A stretch of 64,000 nt of DNA, taken from an uncultured Methylomirabilota bacterium. Its GTDB lineage: Bacteria > Methylomirabilota > Methylomirabilia > CAVQYV01. This document shows, one piece after another, positions 51,810 to 60,179 of this stretch. A model generated the notes under the pieces. It made no database searches. It was not told where the DNA came from and worked only from the letters and a program-made list of their open reading frames with translations. The translations under genes were made by a program, and so were the position numbers. Each line of letters opens with the position of its first letter. Position 1 is the stretch's first letter. Where the stretch lies: positions 79,098 to 143,097 of the forward strand of contig CAVQYV010000008.1 of the NCBI GenBank assembly GCA_963718295.1. The letters run 5' to 3'.

Positions 51810-52715
51810 TCACAGGGACAGCTCAAAGACCTCGATCTCGGATTCGCGGCACTTTCCCAGCCGGTGATCGGAATCCCCCGCGGTCAGGATATAGGTGGGT
51901 GCCCGCCCCTCCTGCTCCAGGCTGGGCAGTCCGTGAACCTTGCGAATCTGGTCAAGGAGGCGCCAGGCAACAAAATCCAGGGCCACAGGATCCCGGGAGA
52001 CCAGGATCCCCTGGTAGTTCTCGACCCATTGGGATTTGAAGGCGGGTCCCCCATTATATTGCACCCGCAGGGCGTCGCAGAGGACCAGGCGGCATCTATC
52101 CCGGATCTGAGGGAGGGCACAAAGATCTGCGGGATAGGGGTTACAATGGTCGCCATGATATTTGTTGGGATTGTGGATCGCACCATAGAAATTTTTCAGG
52201 GCGGCGCTGAGGCCGGCCAGGTTATGGTCTTTGAGGAGACAGAGGTTGATTTGGGCATTGGTAAGGGAGGTAAGGATACGGCTGAGGAGGCCACCAATGG
52301 AGCCGTTCTCCACCAGATTCGGATCATACCCTACCCCCTGGGCATCGGTACCGAAACAGCGAATTCCTCGCCCATCGAAATTGAGGTAAAATCCCGCCTC
52401 CTTGAGCTCGCGGCTGCTGCGATCCCAGAGGACGATCTTCTTCTCATCCACCCCTGCCTGCTTCAGGCCCCGGCTCAGGACCGAAGCCCAGGCCGGGCTG
52501 GGTGAGAGAAGATGGCCTCCTATGGCATTCAATTTGACCCCCACTGTGTCGGAAGGCAAAAAGAGCGACTTCCACACCCCCTGGGCGGTGGAGATGCCCG
52601 TCATCTTTCGCAGGGCCGCATCGAGCATGCCCTGCAGGATCTCACCGTCCGTTGCCCCTCCGGGACCCAGGACCCTCTTGCTTCTCACGATCACGACTCG
52701 CGATTTGACGGCCAT
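51810..52715 (-). CDS. DUF362 domain protein
   Basis: Start chosen at MAVKSRVVIV; DUF362-like VGVKLNAIGG region; track ORF extends to 52844. Confidence 0.5.
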   Translation of the reverse strand: MAVKSRVVIVRSKRVLGPGGATDGEILQGMLDAALRKMTGISTAQGVWKSLFLPSDTVGVKLNAIGGHLLSPSPAWASVLSRGLKQAGVDEKKIVLWDRSSRELKEAGFYLNFDGRGIRCFGTDAQGVGYDPNLVENGSIGGLLSRILTSLTNAQINLCLLKDHNLAGLSAALKNFYGAIHNPNKYHGDHCNPYPADLCALPQIRDRCRLVLCDALRVQYNGGPAFKSQWVENYQGILVSRDPVALDFVAWRLLDQIRKVHGLPSLEQEGRAPTYILTAGDSDHRLGKCRESEIEVFELSL

Positions 52716-52874
52716 GGAGAAAAGATAGCCGAGGCCAAAGGCAAAGTCAAGCTTGCCTGAATCACCTCCGAATCGACAATCCCCTTCGCTCTTTCTTTCC
52801 TTGACAATTGGCAGGGGGCAGATTAATTTATTGCCCAGTCTCACGGGTGAGGATAAGAAAGATTGAATTGGGGA

Positions 52875-54380
52875 ATGAAACTCAAGGACATACTCTGGCT
52901 GGGGATCATTCTATGTTCCGCTTATCCGGGTCTGGTGGCCGGCAAGGCGATGGCAGCTGAGATTCGAAAACCTGCTGTGGCGGGGCTTTTCTATCCAGGG
53001 GAAAAGAAAGAACTCGCGTCGCTGGTGGACCGATACCTGAAGGAGGCACCGTTGCAGCCCTGTGCCGAGGAAGAGATCGTGGCGCTGATTGCGCCTCACG
53101 CCGGCTATCTCTATTCGGGAAGGGTCGCCGCCTACGCTTACAAGCAGATTCAGGGCAAGGAGTACGATCTGGTAGTCCTCATTGGCCCCAGCCACTCCAT
53201 GGAATTCGAGGGGGTCTCGCTCTATGGTGGGGATTGCTACGAGACCCCACTGGGAAAGGTCCAGATCGACAAGAGTTTCTCCGAGGCCCTGATCCGCCAG
53301 GAAAAATCCTTCCGCCTCCTCCCCCAAGCCCACCAGAAAGAGCACTCCTTGGAGGTTCAGCTCCCATTTCTTCAGAGATCACTGGGGAAGTTCTCTCTCC
53401 TTCCCCTCCTCATGGGTTCCCAGTCTCTTTCCTCCTGTAAGGCCCTGTCCGCGGCCTTGGTCAAGGTCCTGAAAGGCAAGAAGGCCCTCTTGGTGGCCAG
53501 CTCGGACCTCTCCCATTATCATTCTGCCAAGATGGCCAAGAGGTTGGATGATGGGGCGATCCAGGCCATTGCCGCGATGGATGGGCCCGCCCTTATCCAT
53601 CGGATGGAGGCGGGCTCCTGCGAATTGTGTGGGGCAGGCCCAGTGGCGACGGTCCTTCTGGCAGCCAAGGAAATGGGGGCCCATCGCGTGTCCATCCTGA
53701 AATATGCCGACTCCAGTGAGGTCTCCCAGGATCCCTCCGCGGTGGTGGGCTATCTTTCCGCAGCCGTCACCAGAGGCAAGGGAAAGAGCGGGAGAGAGAA
53801 GACACCGCCGCAGCAGGGGGCAAATGAAGGTTCACTGAGTGGCCGGAACCGGAGCGAGCTGCTGCAGATAGCAAGGAAAGCCATCGAGACCTATGTGAGG
53901 GAGGGAAAGGTCTGGGAACCCGAGATACCCGATCAGGATAGGGAGTTGCTCCGCCCCGGGGCCGCCTTCGTGACCCTCACCCAGGCAGGAGAACTGCGGG
54001 GCTGCATCGGCTACACCGAGGCCCTATATCCCCTCTATCGCACGGTGATCCGGTGTGCAATCGCCGCTGCCACCTCCGATCCGCGATTTGCGCCGTTGAA
54101 GTCGCAAGAGCTGGAAGAGGTCAGGATCGAAATCTCGGTGCTCAGTCCATTGAGGCAAATCCAGGATCTCTCAAAGATCCAGGTGGGCAGAGACGGGATC
54201 CAGATCGAGAAGGGGGGACAAAGGGGCCTGCTCCTTCCCCAGGTGGCGACAAAATATCATTGGGATCGGAGGACCTTCCTGGAGCAAACTTGCTACAAGG
54301 CGGGCCTGCCTTCCGATGCCTGGCACGAAGGGGCGAAGATCTTCACCTTCTCGGCGGAGATCTTTCACGAAGTCAAATGA
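52875..54380 (+). CDS. Memo-like / AMMECR1 fusion protein (AmmeMemoRadiSam protein B-A fusion) with Sec-type signal peptide
   Basis: Signal peptide MKLKDILWLGIILCSAYPGLVAG; Memo region GLFYPGE...IAPHAGYLYSG; AMMECR1 region AAFVTLTQAGELRGCIGY...LLLPQVA. Confidence 0.7.
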   Translation: MKLKDILWLGIILCSAYPGLVAGKAMAAEIRKPAVAGLFYPGEKKELASLVDRYLKEAPLQPCAEEEIVALIAPHAGYLYSGRVAAYAYKQIQGKEYDLVVLIGPSHSMEFEGVSLYGGDCYETPLGKVQIDKSFSEALIRQEKSFRLLPQAHQKEHSLEVQLPFLQRSLGKFSLLPLLMGSQSLSSCKALSAALVKVLKGKKALLVASSDLSHYHSAKMAKRLDDGAIQAIAAMDGPALIHRMEAGSCELCGAGPVATVLLAAKEMGAHRVSILKYADSSEVSQDPSAVVGYLSAAVTRGKGKSGREKTPPQQGANEGSLSGRNRSELLQIARKAIETYVREGKVWEPEIPDQDRELLRPGAAFVTLTQAGELRGCIGYTEALYPLYRTVIRCAIAAATSDPRFAPLKSQELEEVRIEISVLSPLRQIQDLSKIQVGRDGIQIEKGGQRGLLLPQVATKYHWDRRTFLEQTCYKAGLPSDAWHEGAKIFTFSAEIFHEVK

Positions 54381-54423
54381 AGCTTCCCTATTCCAATTCT
54401 AAATTTGTCAGAAGGAGAATTAG

Positions 54424-55446
54424 ATGAAGGCCTTGGTCTATCACGGAAAGGATTCCATTGCCCTGGATGAGATGAAGGAGCCCGAGTTGCAGGAGGGGGA
54501 GGCCCTGATCAAGGTCCACTATGCCGGGATCTGCGGCAGCGACCTCATGATCTGGCACGGGGCCCTGGCGCGCATCGTTCCTCCGGTCATCCTCGGACAC
54601 GAATTCTGCGGCGAGATCGTGAAGATCAAGGGCCAGCCCCAGGGCGACCTCACGGTGGGCGATCGGGTGGCGGTGGAGCCCCTCATCAACTGTGGAGTCT
54701 GCCTTCCCTGCCGCATGGGCCTCTACCATGTGTGCCGCCGACTCAGGCTCATCGGGGTCGACGTAGATGGAGGATTTGCTTCTTGGGTGAAGGCCCCATT
54801 TCACCGCATCTATAAGCTGGCGCCAGGTGCGAGCATGGAGATGGCCGCGCTGAGCGAACCCACCGCCGTAGCTGTACACATGGTGAGGCGTTCTGGCCTT
54901 CAGGTAGGGGACCTCGCGGTAATCCTGGGAGGAGGCCCCATTGGCCTGTTGGTGGCCCAGGTCGCCCGGGCGTGTGGGGCGGGACGGGTCTTCATCTCGG
55001 AGATCAACGATTTTCGGCTTGGCCTGGCCAGGGAGTTGGGCTTCGGGGTGATCGATCCCCGAAAGGGAGATCCGATCCGGGAAGTCCTGGATATGACAGA
55101 GGGAGAGGGAGCGGATGTGGTCTTCGAGGAGACCGGCTTGCCCGAGGCGGCAGCCCAGATGATTGCCATGACCAGGGTGCGGGGTCGCATTCTCCTGGGT
55201 GGGGTCCATAAGAAGCCTGCTCCCGTGGATCTGCAGAATGTGGTGATCAAGGAGATCGAGCTGGTCGGATCCAGGGTCTACGATTTTCGGGATTTCCGCA
55301 CCGCCCTGGATATGTTAAATGATGGAAGAGTAAAGGGTGCTTCGCTGATCACCAAGAAGATTCGATTGGATGAAATCATTACGGAAGGCTTCGATGTGAT
55401 TCAGGGTGGGGGCCAGGTGATGAAGATCCTGGTGAGCCCGGAGTGA
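54424..55446 (+). CDS. zinc-dependent alcohol dehydrogenase family (threonine/sorbitol dehydrogenase-like)
   Basis: GICGSDL, GHEFCGEIV zinc-ligand motifs; Rossmann LGGGPIGLL. Confidence 0.85.
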   Translation: MKALVYHGKDSIALDEMKEPELQEGEALIKVHYAGICGSDLMIWHGALARIVPPVILGHEFCGEIVKIKGQPQGDLTVGDRVAVEPLINCGVCLPCRMGLYHVCRRLRLIGVDVDGGFASWVKAPFHRIYKLAPGASMEMAALSEPTAVAVHMVRRSGLQVGDLAVILGGGPIGLLVAQVARACGAGRVFISEINDFRLGLARELGFGVIDPRKGDPIREVLDMTEGEGADVVFEETGLPEAAAQMIAMTRVRGRILLGGVHKKPAPVDLQNVVIKEIELVGSRVYDFRDFRTALDMLNDGRVKGASLITKKIRLDEIITEGFDVIQGGGQVMKILVSPE

Positions 55447-55476
55447 GCTGAGGATCGGCGAAAGGAGGAGATCGGA

Positions 55477-56319
55477 ATGCCCGTTTCAAAGGCGCTGATT
55501 GAGGAATTGGAGAAGAAGGCCAATGGGCTGCGCTGCGATGTGGTGAAAATGTGCCACCAAGCCGGCTCTGGCCATCCGGGGGGGTCGCTGTCGGCGGCCG
55601 ACATCGTGGCTGCCCTCTATTTCCACTTCATGCGGTTGGATCCCCAGAACCCGAAGTGGGAGGATCGGGATCGGTTCATCATGAGCAAGGGCCACGCCTG
55701 CCCGGTTCAATATGCGGCCCTCTCCCGCAGGGGTTTCTTTCCCGAGGAGGTTCTCTGGACCCTGCGCAAGTTCGAGAGCCCCCTGCAAGGCCATCCCGAC
55801 ATGAAATCTACCCGAGGCCTCGACATGACCTCGGGATCTCTGGGGAATGGATTGTCCATCGGGGTGGGAATGGCCCTGGGAGCCAGGATCGCGAAAAAGG
55901 ACTTCCGGGTGTACGTAATGCTGGGGGATGGAGAGCTTCAGGAAGGCCTGGTCTGGGAAGGGGCGATGGCGGCAGCCCATTTCAAGCTGGATCACCTGAC
56001 TACCTTCGTGGATTACAACAAGCTCCAGATCGATGGGGAGAATAAGGATATCATGGGACTGGAGCCGCTGGTGGGGAAATGGCAACAGTTCGGCTGGGAG
56101 ACCCTGGAGATCGACGGCCACAACATGACGGAGGTGGTGGGCGCCATCGAGCAAGCCCAGGGAATGAAGGGCAAGCCCACCTGCATCATCGCTCATACGG
56201 TCAAAGGCAAAGGGGTCTCCTATATGGAGTGCGCGGCGGAATGGCACGGCCGTGCTCCCACCGGCGAAGAGTTGGATCGGGCCCTGTGCGAGTTAGGGGA
56301 GAAGGGAGGGCAGGGTTAA
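55477..56319 (+). CDS. transketolase, N-terminal (ThDP-binding) subunit
   Basis: GSGHPGGSLS and LGDGELQEG thiamine-diphosphate motifs; 280 aa. Confidence 0.85.
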   Translation: MPVSKALIEELEKKANGLRCDVVKMCHQAGSGHPGGSLSAADIVAALYFHFMRLDPQNPKWEDRDRFIMSKGHACPVQYAALSRRGFFPEEVLWTLRKFESPLQGHPDMKSTRGLDMTSGSLGNGLSIGVGMALGARIAKKDFRVYVMLGDGELQEGLVWEGAMAAAHFKLDHLTTFVDYNKLQIDGENKDIMGLEPLVGKWQQFGWETLEIDGHNMTEVVGAIEQAQGMKGKPTCIIAHTVKGKGVSYMECAAEWHGRAPTGEELDRALCELGEKGGQG

Positions 56320-57260
56320 TGGGCGAGCGGATCACCCTACAATCGGCCTATGGGGAGGCGCTGAAGACGCTGGGATCCAAGTATCCCAATCTGGTGGTCC
56401 TGGATGCGGATCTATCCAAGATCACCCAGACCGTGCATTTTGCCAAGGCTTTCCCCGATCGCTTTTTCAACGTGGGGATTGCGGAACAGGACTTGATGGC
56501 CATCACCGCAGGCCTGGCTACCACCGGCATGATCCCGGTGGCCAACACCTACGCCTGCTTTGCGACCATGAGGGCCTGCGAGCAGGTGCGCACCTTCATT
56601 GCCTATCCCAACCTCAATGCGAAAATCGTGGCTCTGAGCGCCGGGATCGAGGAAGGATGGAGCGGAGTCACCCATCAGGCCATCGAAGATATGGCGATCA
56701 TGAGAACCATCCCCAATATGACGGTCATAGCCCCCTCGGATGCCTTCCTCACCCAAAAGGCCACTGAGGCCATGGTCCAGCATAAGGGACCCGTTTATAT
56801 GCGATTTGGCCGGAATGCCTTTCCGGTCATCTACGATGAGAAGGCCTCTTTTACGCTGGGAAAGGCGATCCAGCTGAAGGAGGGAAAGGATGTGACGCTG
56901 ATCGCCTGCGGGATCATGGTGGAAAAGGCCCTCCGGGCCGCAGAGATCCTGGAAAAGGAGCGGGTCTTTGCCCGAGTCCTGGATATGCACACTATCAAGC
57001 CCTTGGACGGGGAGGCCGTCATGGCTGCGGCCAAGGAGACCGGAGCTTTGGTGACCGCTGAGGATCATCTGGTGGCCAATGGCCTGGGCGGCGCCGTGGC
57101 GGAATATCTGGCTTCCAATTGGCCGGCGCCCTTGGAGCGGATTGGCCTTCAGGATACCTTCGGGGAGACGGGCCATCCGGACAGGCTCTTTGAAAAATAT
57201 GGGATGACGGAGAGCCATATCGCAGAGGCGGCCAGGAAGGCCATTGTGCGCAAAAGATGA
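56319..57260 (+). CDS. transketolase, C-terminal subunit
   Basis: Start overlaps upstream stop (TAATG); pyrimidine-binding and C-terminal transketolase domains. Confidence 0.85.
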   Translation: MGERITLQSAYGEALKTLGSKYPNLVVLDADLSKITQTVHFAKAFPDRFFNVGIAEQDLMAITAGLATTGMIPVANTYACFATMRACEQVRTFIAYPNLNAKIVALSAGIEEGWSGVTHQAIEDMAIMRTIPNMTVIAPSDAFLTQKATEAMVQHKGPVYMRFGRNAFPVIYDEKASFTLGKAIQLKEGKDVTLIACGIMVEKALRAAEILEKERVFARVLDMHTIKPLDGEAVMAAAKETGALVTAEDHLVANGLGGAVAEYLASNWPAPLERIGLQDTFGETGHPDRLFEKYGMTESHIAEAARKAIVRKR

Positions 57261-57673
57261 GCGACGGGAAGATGGAGGGCTTGCAGCCGCCTCGTCCCAC
57301 GGTGGATATCATTATCGAACTGGAGGGCAGGGGCATCGTCCTGATCAGGCGAAGGAATCCTCCTTATGGCTGGGCCATCCCGGGAGGATTCGTGGATTGC
57401 GGGGAAACCCTGGAGCAGGCCGCGGTCCGTGAGGCATGGGAGGAAACCACCCTGCAGGTGGAATTGATCAGGCAGTTTCACGCCTATTCCGATCCGGACC
57501 GCGACCCCCGGAGCCATACGATCTCCATGGTCTTCATCGCCAGATCCTCGGGTGAGCCAAAGGCAGCGGATGACGCCCAGGAGATTGGGGTCTTTCGAGC
57601 CGATAGCCTGCCTCAGCCCCTGGCCTTCGATCATGGCCGGATCCTGGCCGACTATTTCTCTGGCGCCTATTAG
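57257..57673 (+). CDS. NUDIX hydrolase
   Basis: Nudix box [24 protein letters not shown]; ATGA overlap with upstream gene. Confidence 0.8.
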   Translation: MSDGKMEGLQPPRPTVDIIIELEGRGIVLIRRRNPPYGWAIPGGFVDCGETLEQAAVREAWEETTLQVELIRQFHAYSDPDRDPRSHTISMVFIARSSGEPKAADDAQEIGVFRADSLPQPLAFDHGRILADYFSGAY

Positions 57674-57682
57674 GGGAATTGG

Positions 57683-58060
57683 TTGAAGAAGCGTCTTCAG
57701 GAGCTGCTCGGCCTGATCAGGGGCCTCACCCAGGATGATCGTATTCCCGAGCGGGACAAGCTGATCCTGGGAGGCCTCCTGGCTCTCCTGATTTCCCCCC
57801 TCGACCTGATTCCCGACTTCATCCCAATTTTGGGGTATCTCGATGATTTCTTCATGTGGGTGCTGTTGCTGGATTATCTCTTTGGCAGGATTGACCGGGA
57901 GGTCCTCGTGGATCATTATCCCTGGGATCTGAGGGGCTATGAGCGGATGCGCCGTTGGGTGGGTTATGTCTCCTGGGTCATCCCCAACATGATCAAAAAC
58001 CGGATCTGGGCAAAAGCAAAGACAGGAGCATCAGATACCGAAGAGGTGAAGGAAAAATAG
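57683..58060 (+). CDS. DUF1232 (YkvA-like) small membrane protein
   Basis: TTG start; DUF1232-like LISPLDLIPDFIPILGYLDD region. Confidence 0.5.
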   Translation: MKKRLQELLGLIRGLTQDDRIPERDKLILGGLLALLISPLDLIPDFIPILGYLDDFFMWVLLLDYLFGRIDREVLVDHYPWDLRGYERMRRWVGYVSWVIPNMIKNRIWAKAKTGASDTEEVKEK

Positions 58061-58061
58061 G

Positions 58062-59240
58062 ATGGCCATTTCGACGAGGGTGAAGGAATGCATGGAGCAG
58101 TCCTCCTGGATTCGGAAGATGTTCGAGGAGGGCTGCGAATTGAAGGCCCGATGCGGACCGGAGAATGTCTTCGATTTCAGCCTGGGAAATCCCTGCCTGG
58201 AGCCGCCCCCAGGATTCCAACAGGCCCTGGAGGTGGTGGCCAAAGAGAAAATCCCCGGGAAACACGCCTACATGCCCAATGCAGGATTGGTTGAAACCCG
58301 GGTGGCCATCGCGCGTTATTTGGGGCAAGAGCATGGGATTTCCTTCGGTCCGGAGCATATCCTGATGACCTGCGGGGCAGGAGGGGGGCTGAATGTGGTC
58401 TTGAAGGCGCTCCTGGAGCCCGGAGATGAGGTCATCATCCTGATTCCCTTCTTCCCCGAGTATCGCTTCTATGTGGACAATCACGGGGGAGTGGTGATTC
58501 CCGTCAAGAGCCAGAAGGATTTCTCCCTGGACCTGGCTGCCCTGGAACGCGCCATAGGCAGAAGGACCAAGGCCCTGCTCCTGAATTCCCCTAATAACCC
58601 TACCGGAAAGGTCTATGACGTTTCCAGCTTGAGGGCCCTGGGGGAGTTGGTTCGGGAAAAGGAGCGACAATATCAGAACGACATCTATCTGATCTCGGAT
58701 GAGCCTTACTCCAAGATCGTGTATAATGGGGGCCGGGTGCCCAGCATCTTCGGGATACACCCCAACTCGATTCTGGTAACCTCCCATTCCAAGGACCTCT
58801 CTTTGCCTGGGGAACGGATCGGCTATCTCGCGATCCATCCCGCCTCGGGCCATGCAGGGGAACTGGCCTCCGCCATGACCTTTGCCCAGCGCATCCTGGG
58901 ATTTGTCAATGCCCCTGCCCTGATGCAGAGAGTGATTGCCCATCTGCAGGGCGTGAGCATCGATGTGGATTGGTATCGGATAAGGCGTGACCGTCTCTAC
59001 CGGGCCCTGTCCGAGATGGGATACACTCTGGTAAAACCGGATGGGGCCTTTTATCTTTTCCCCGAGTCCCCCGTTGATGACCTGGAGTTCGTGCAAGAGC
59101 TTCAGAAGTCAAATGTCCTGACCGTACCCGGGCGGGGGTTCGGCGCCCCCGGCTATTTTCGCATCGCATACTGCGTGGACGAGTGCGTAATCGAAGGGGC
59201 TCTCCCTGGTTTTGCCGCAGCGATCCGAAAATACCTTTAG
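58062..59240 (+). CDS. pyridoxal-phosphate-dependent aminotransferase, class I
   Basis: NSPNNPTG and PLP-lysine motif TSHSKDLSLPGERIGY. Confidence 0.8.
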   Translation: MAISTRVKECMEQSSWIRKMFEEGCELKARCGPENVFDFSLGNPCLEPPPGFQQALEVVAKEKIPGKHAYMPNAGLVETRVAIARYLGQEHGISFGPEHILMTCGAGGGLNVVLKALLEPGDEVIILIPFFPEYRFYVDNHGGVVIPVKSQKDFSLDLAALERAIGRRTKALLLNSPNNPTGKVYDVSSLRALGELVREKERQYQNDIYLISDEPYSKIVYNGGRVPSIFGIHPNSILVTSHSKDLSLPGERIGYLAIHPASGHAGELASAMTFAQRILGFVNAPALMQRVIAHLQGVSIDVDWYRIRRDRLYRALSEMGYTLVKPDGAFYLFPESPVDDLEFVQELQKSNVLTVPGRGFGAPGYFRIAYCVDECVIEGALPGFAAAIRKYL

Positions 59241-59280
59241 ATGAGCTTTCGAATTTCCGTCAAAGCAGCAGCGATCCTGG

Positions 59281-59857
59281 TCAGGCTATCAGCTTCTTGA
59301 GCAGCCAGGCCATATTTTTCCCCAGATCCTGCATGGTGGCGATACCTTCGGCGTCCTTTGCGAAGTCTTCGGGGTTGCGGGCCTGGATCAGATTCCAGTA
59401 GCTGGATCCAGGTATAATCATCCCGGCGATGAGAAAGAAGAAGTTCAAGGAGGAGAAGGCATGGGTGCCGCCGGCTCGGCGCATGGAGACCACGGCGGCG
59501 CCCACCTTTCGTTGCAAGAGATCCCCGTTCATTCGACAAACCAGGCCTGCCCGGTCGATGAGGGCTTTAATCTCAGACGTGACGTCGCTGAAGTAGACCG
59601 GGGAGCCGAGAATGATGGCATCGGACTCTACCATCTTTGCGATGTGATCATTCAAGAGGTCCAGACTTCTGGATACAGCGTCGATCCTTTGTCTCTCGGC
59701 ATTTGTAGCAGGCAAGGCAACCATGGAGAGGCCGGCCGCCCACCTGAATCAGTTCCGTCTCGATGCCTTCTCGACGAAGCTCCTGGAATACGACTTGGAT
59801 CGCTTGATAGGTGTTCCCCTTCGCCCGCGGGCTTCCATTAAAAGCAACTACTTTCAT
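59281..59857 (-). pseudogene. flavodoxin-like NADPH-dependent FMN reductase / iron-sulfur flavoprotein, frameshifted
   Basis: N-terminal half (MKVVAFNGSPRAKGNTYQ...CLACYKC) in track ORF 59648..59857, C-terminal half (DAIILGSPVYF...) in 59281..59724, different frames with about 75 bp overlap. Confidence 0.6.
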
Positions 59858-59892
59858 GTATCACCTCCGAAGTGGATGAGATTCTGTGGGTT

Positions 59893-60096
59893 TCAGTTCA
59901 CCCAGCGGCGGCTGAGGAAAAGTAAGGCTAAACCCATGATCATAATGCCCAGCCCGAAGATTCGCAGGGTGGGATTGGAGAGGCCAGGAAGGAGCTGTGC
60001 CAACTCCTTCACTTTCTCCGGACTCAGGAAATAGGGGATTCCCTCCAGGATCATGGCCAGCCCCAATGCCAATAGAAAAAGCTTCATCGCAATCAT
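59893..60096 (-). CDS. DUF2065-like small membrane protein
   Basis: 67 aa, two hydrophobic helices (MKLFLLALGLAMILEGIPYFLSPEK...). Confidence 0.4.
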   Translation of the reverse strand: MIAMKLFLLALGLAMILEGIPYFLSPEKVKELAQLLPGLSNPTLRIFGLGIMIMGLALLFLSRRWVN

Positions 60097-60179
60097 CTCC
60101 TTCCGCCCTGCCCCTTAAGGTGCGAGCCGTCTTCTTTGATTGGCTGGGATCTACGCCATTATAATAAGAACCTTCAGGA

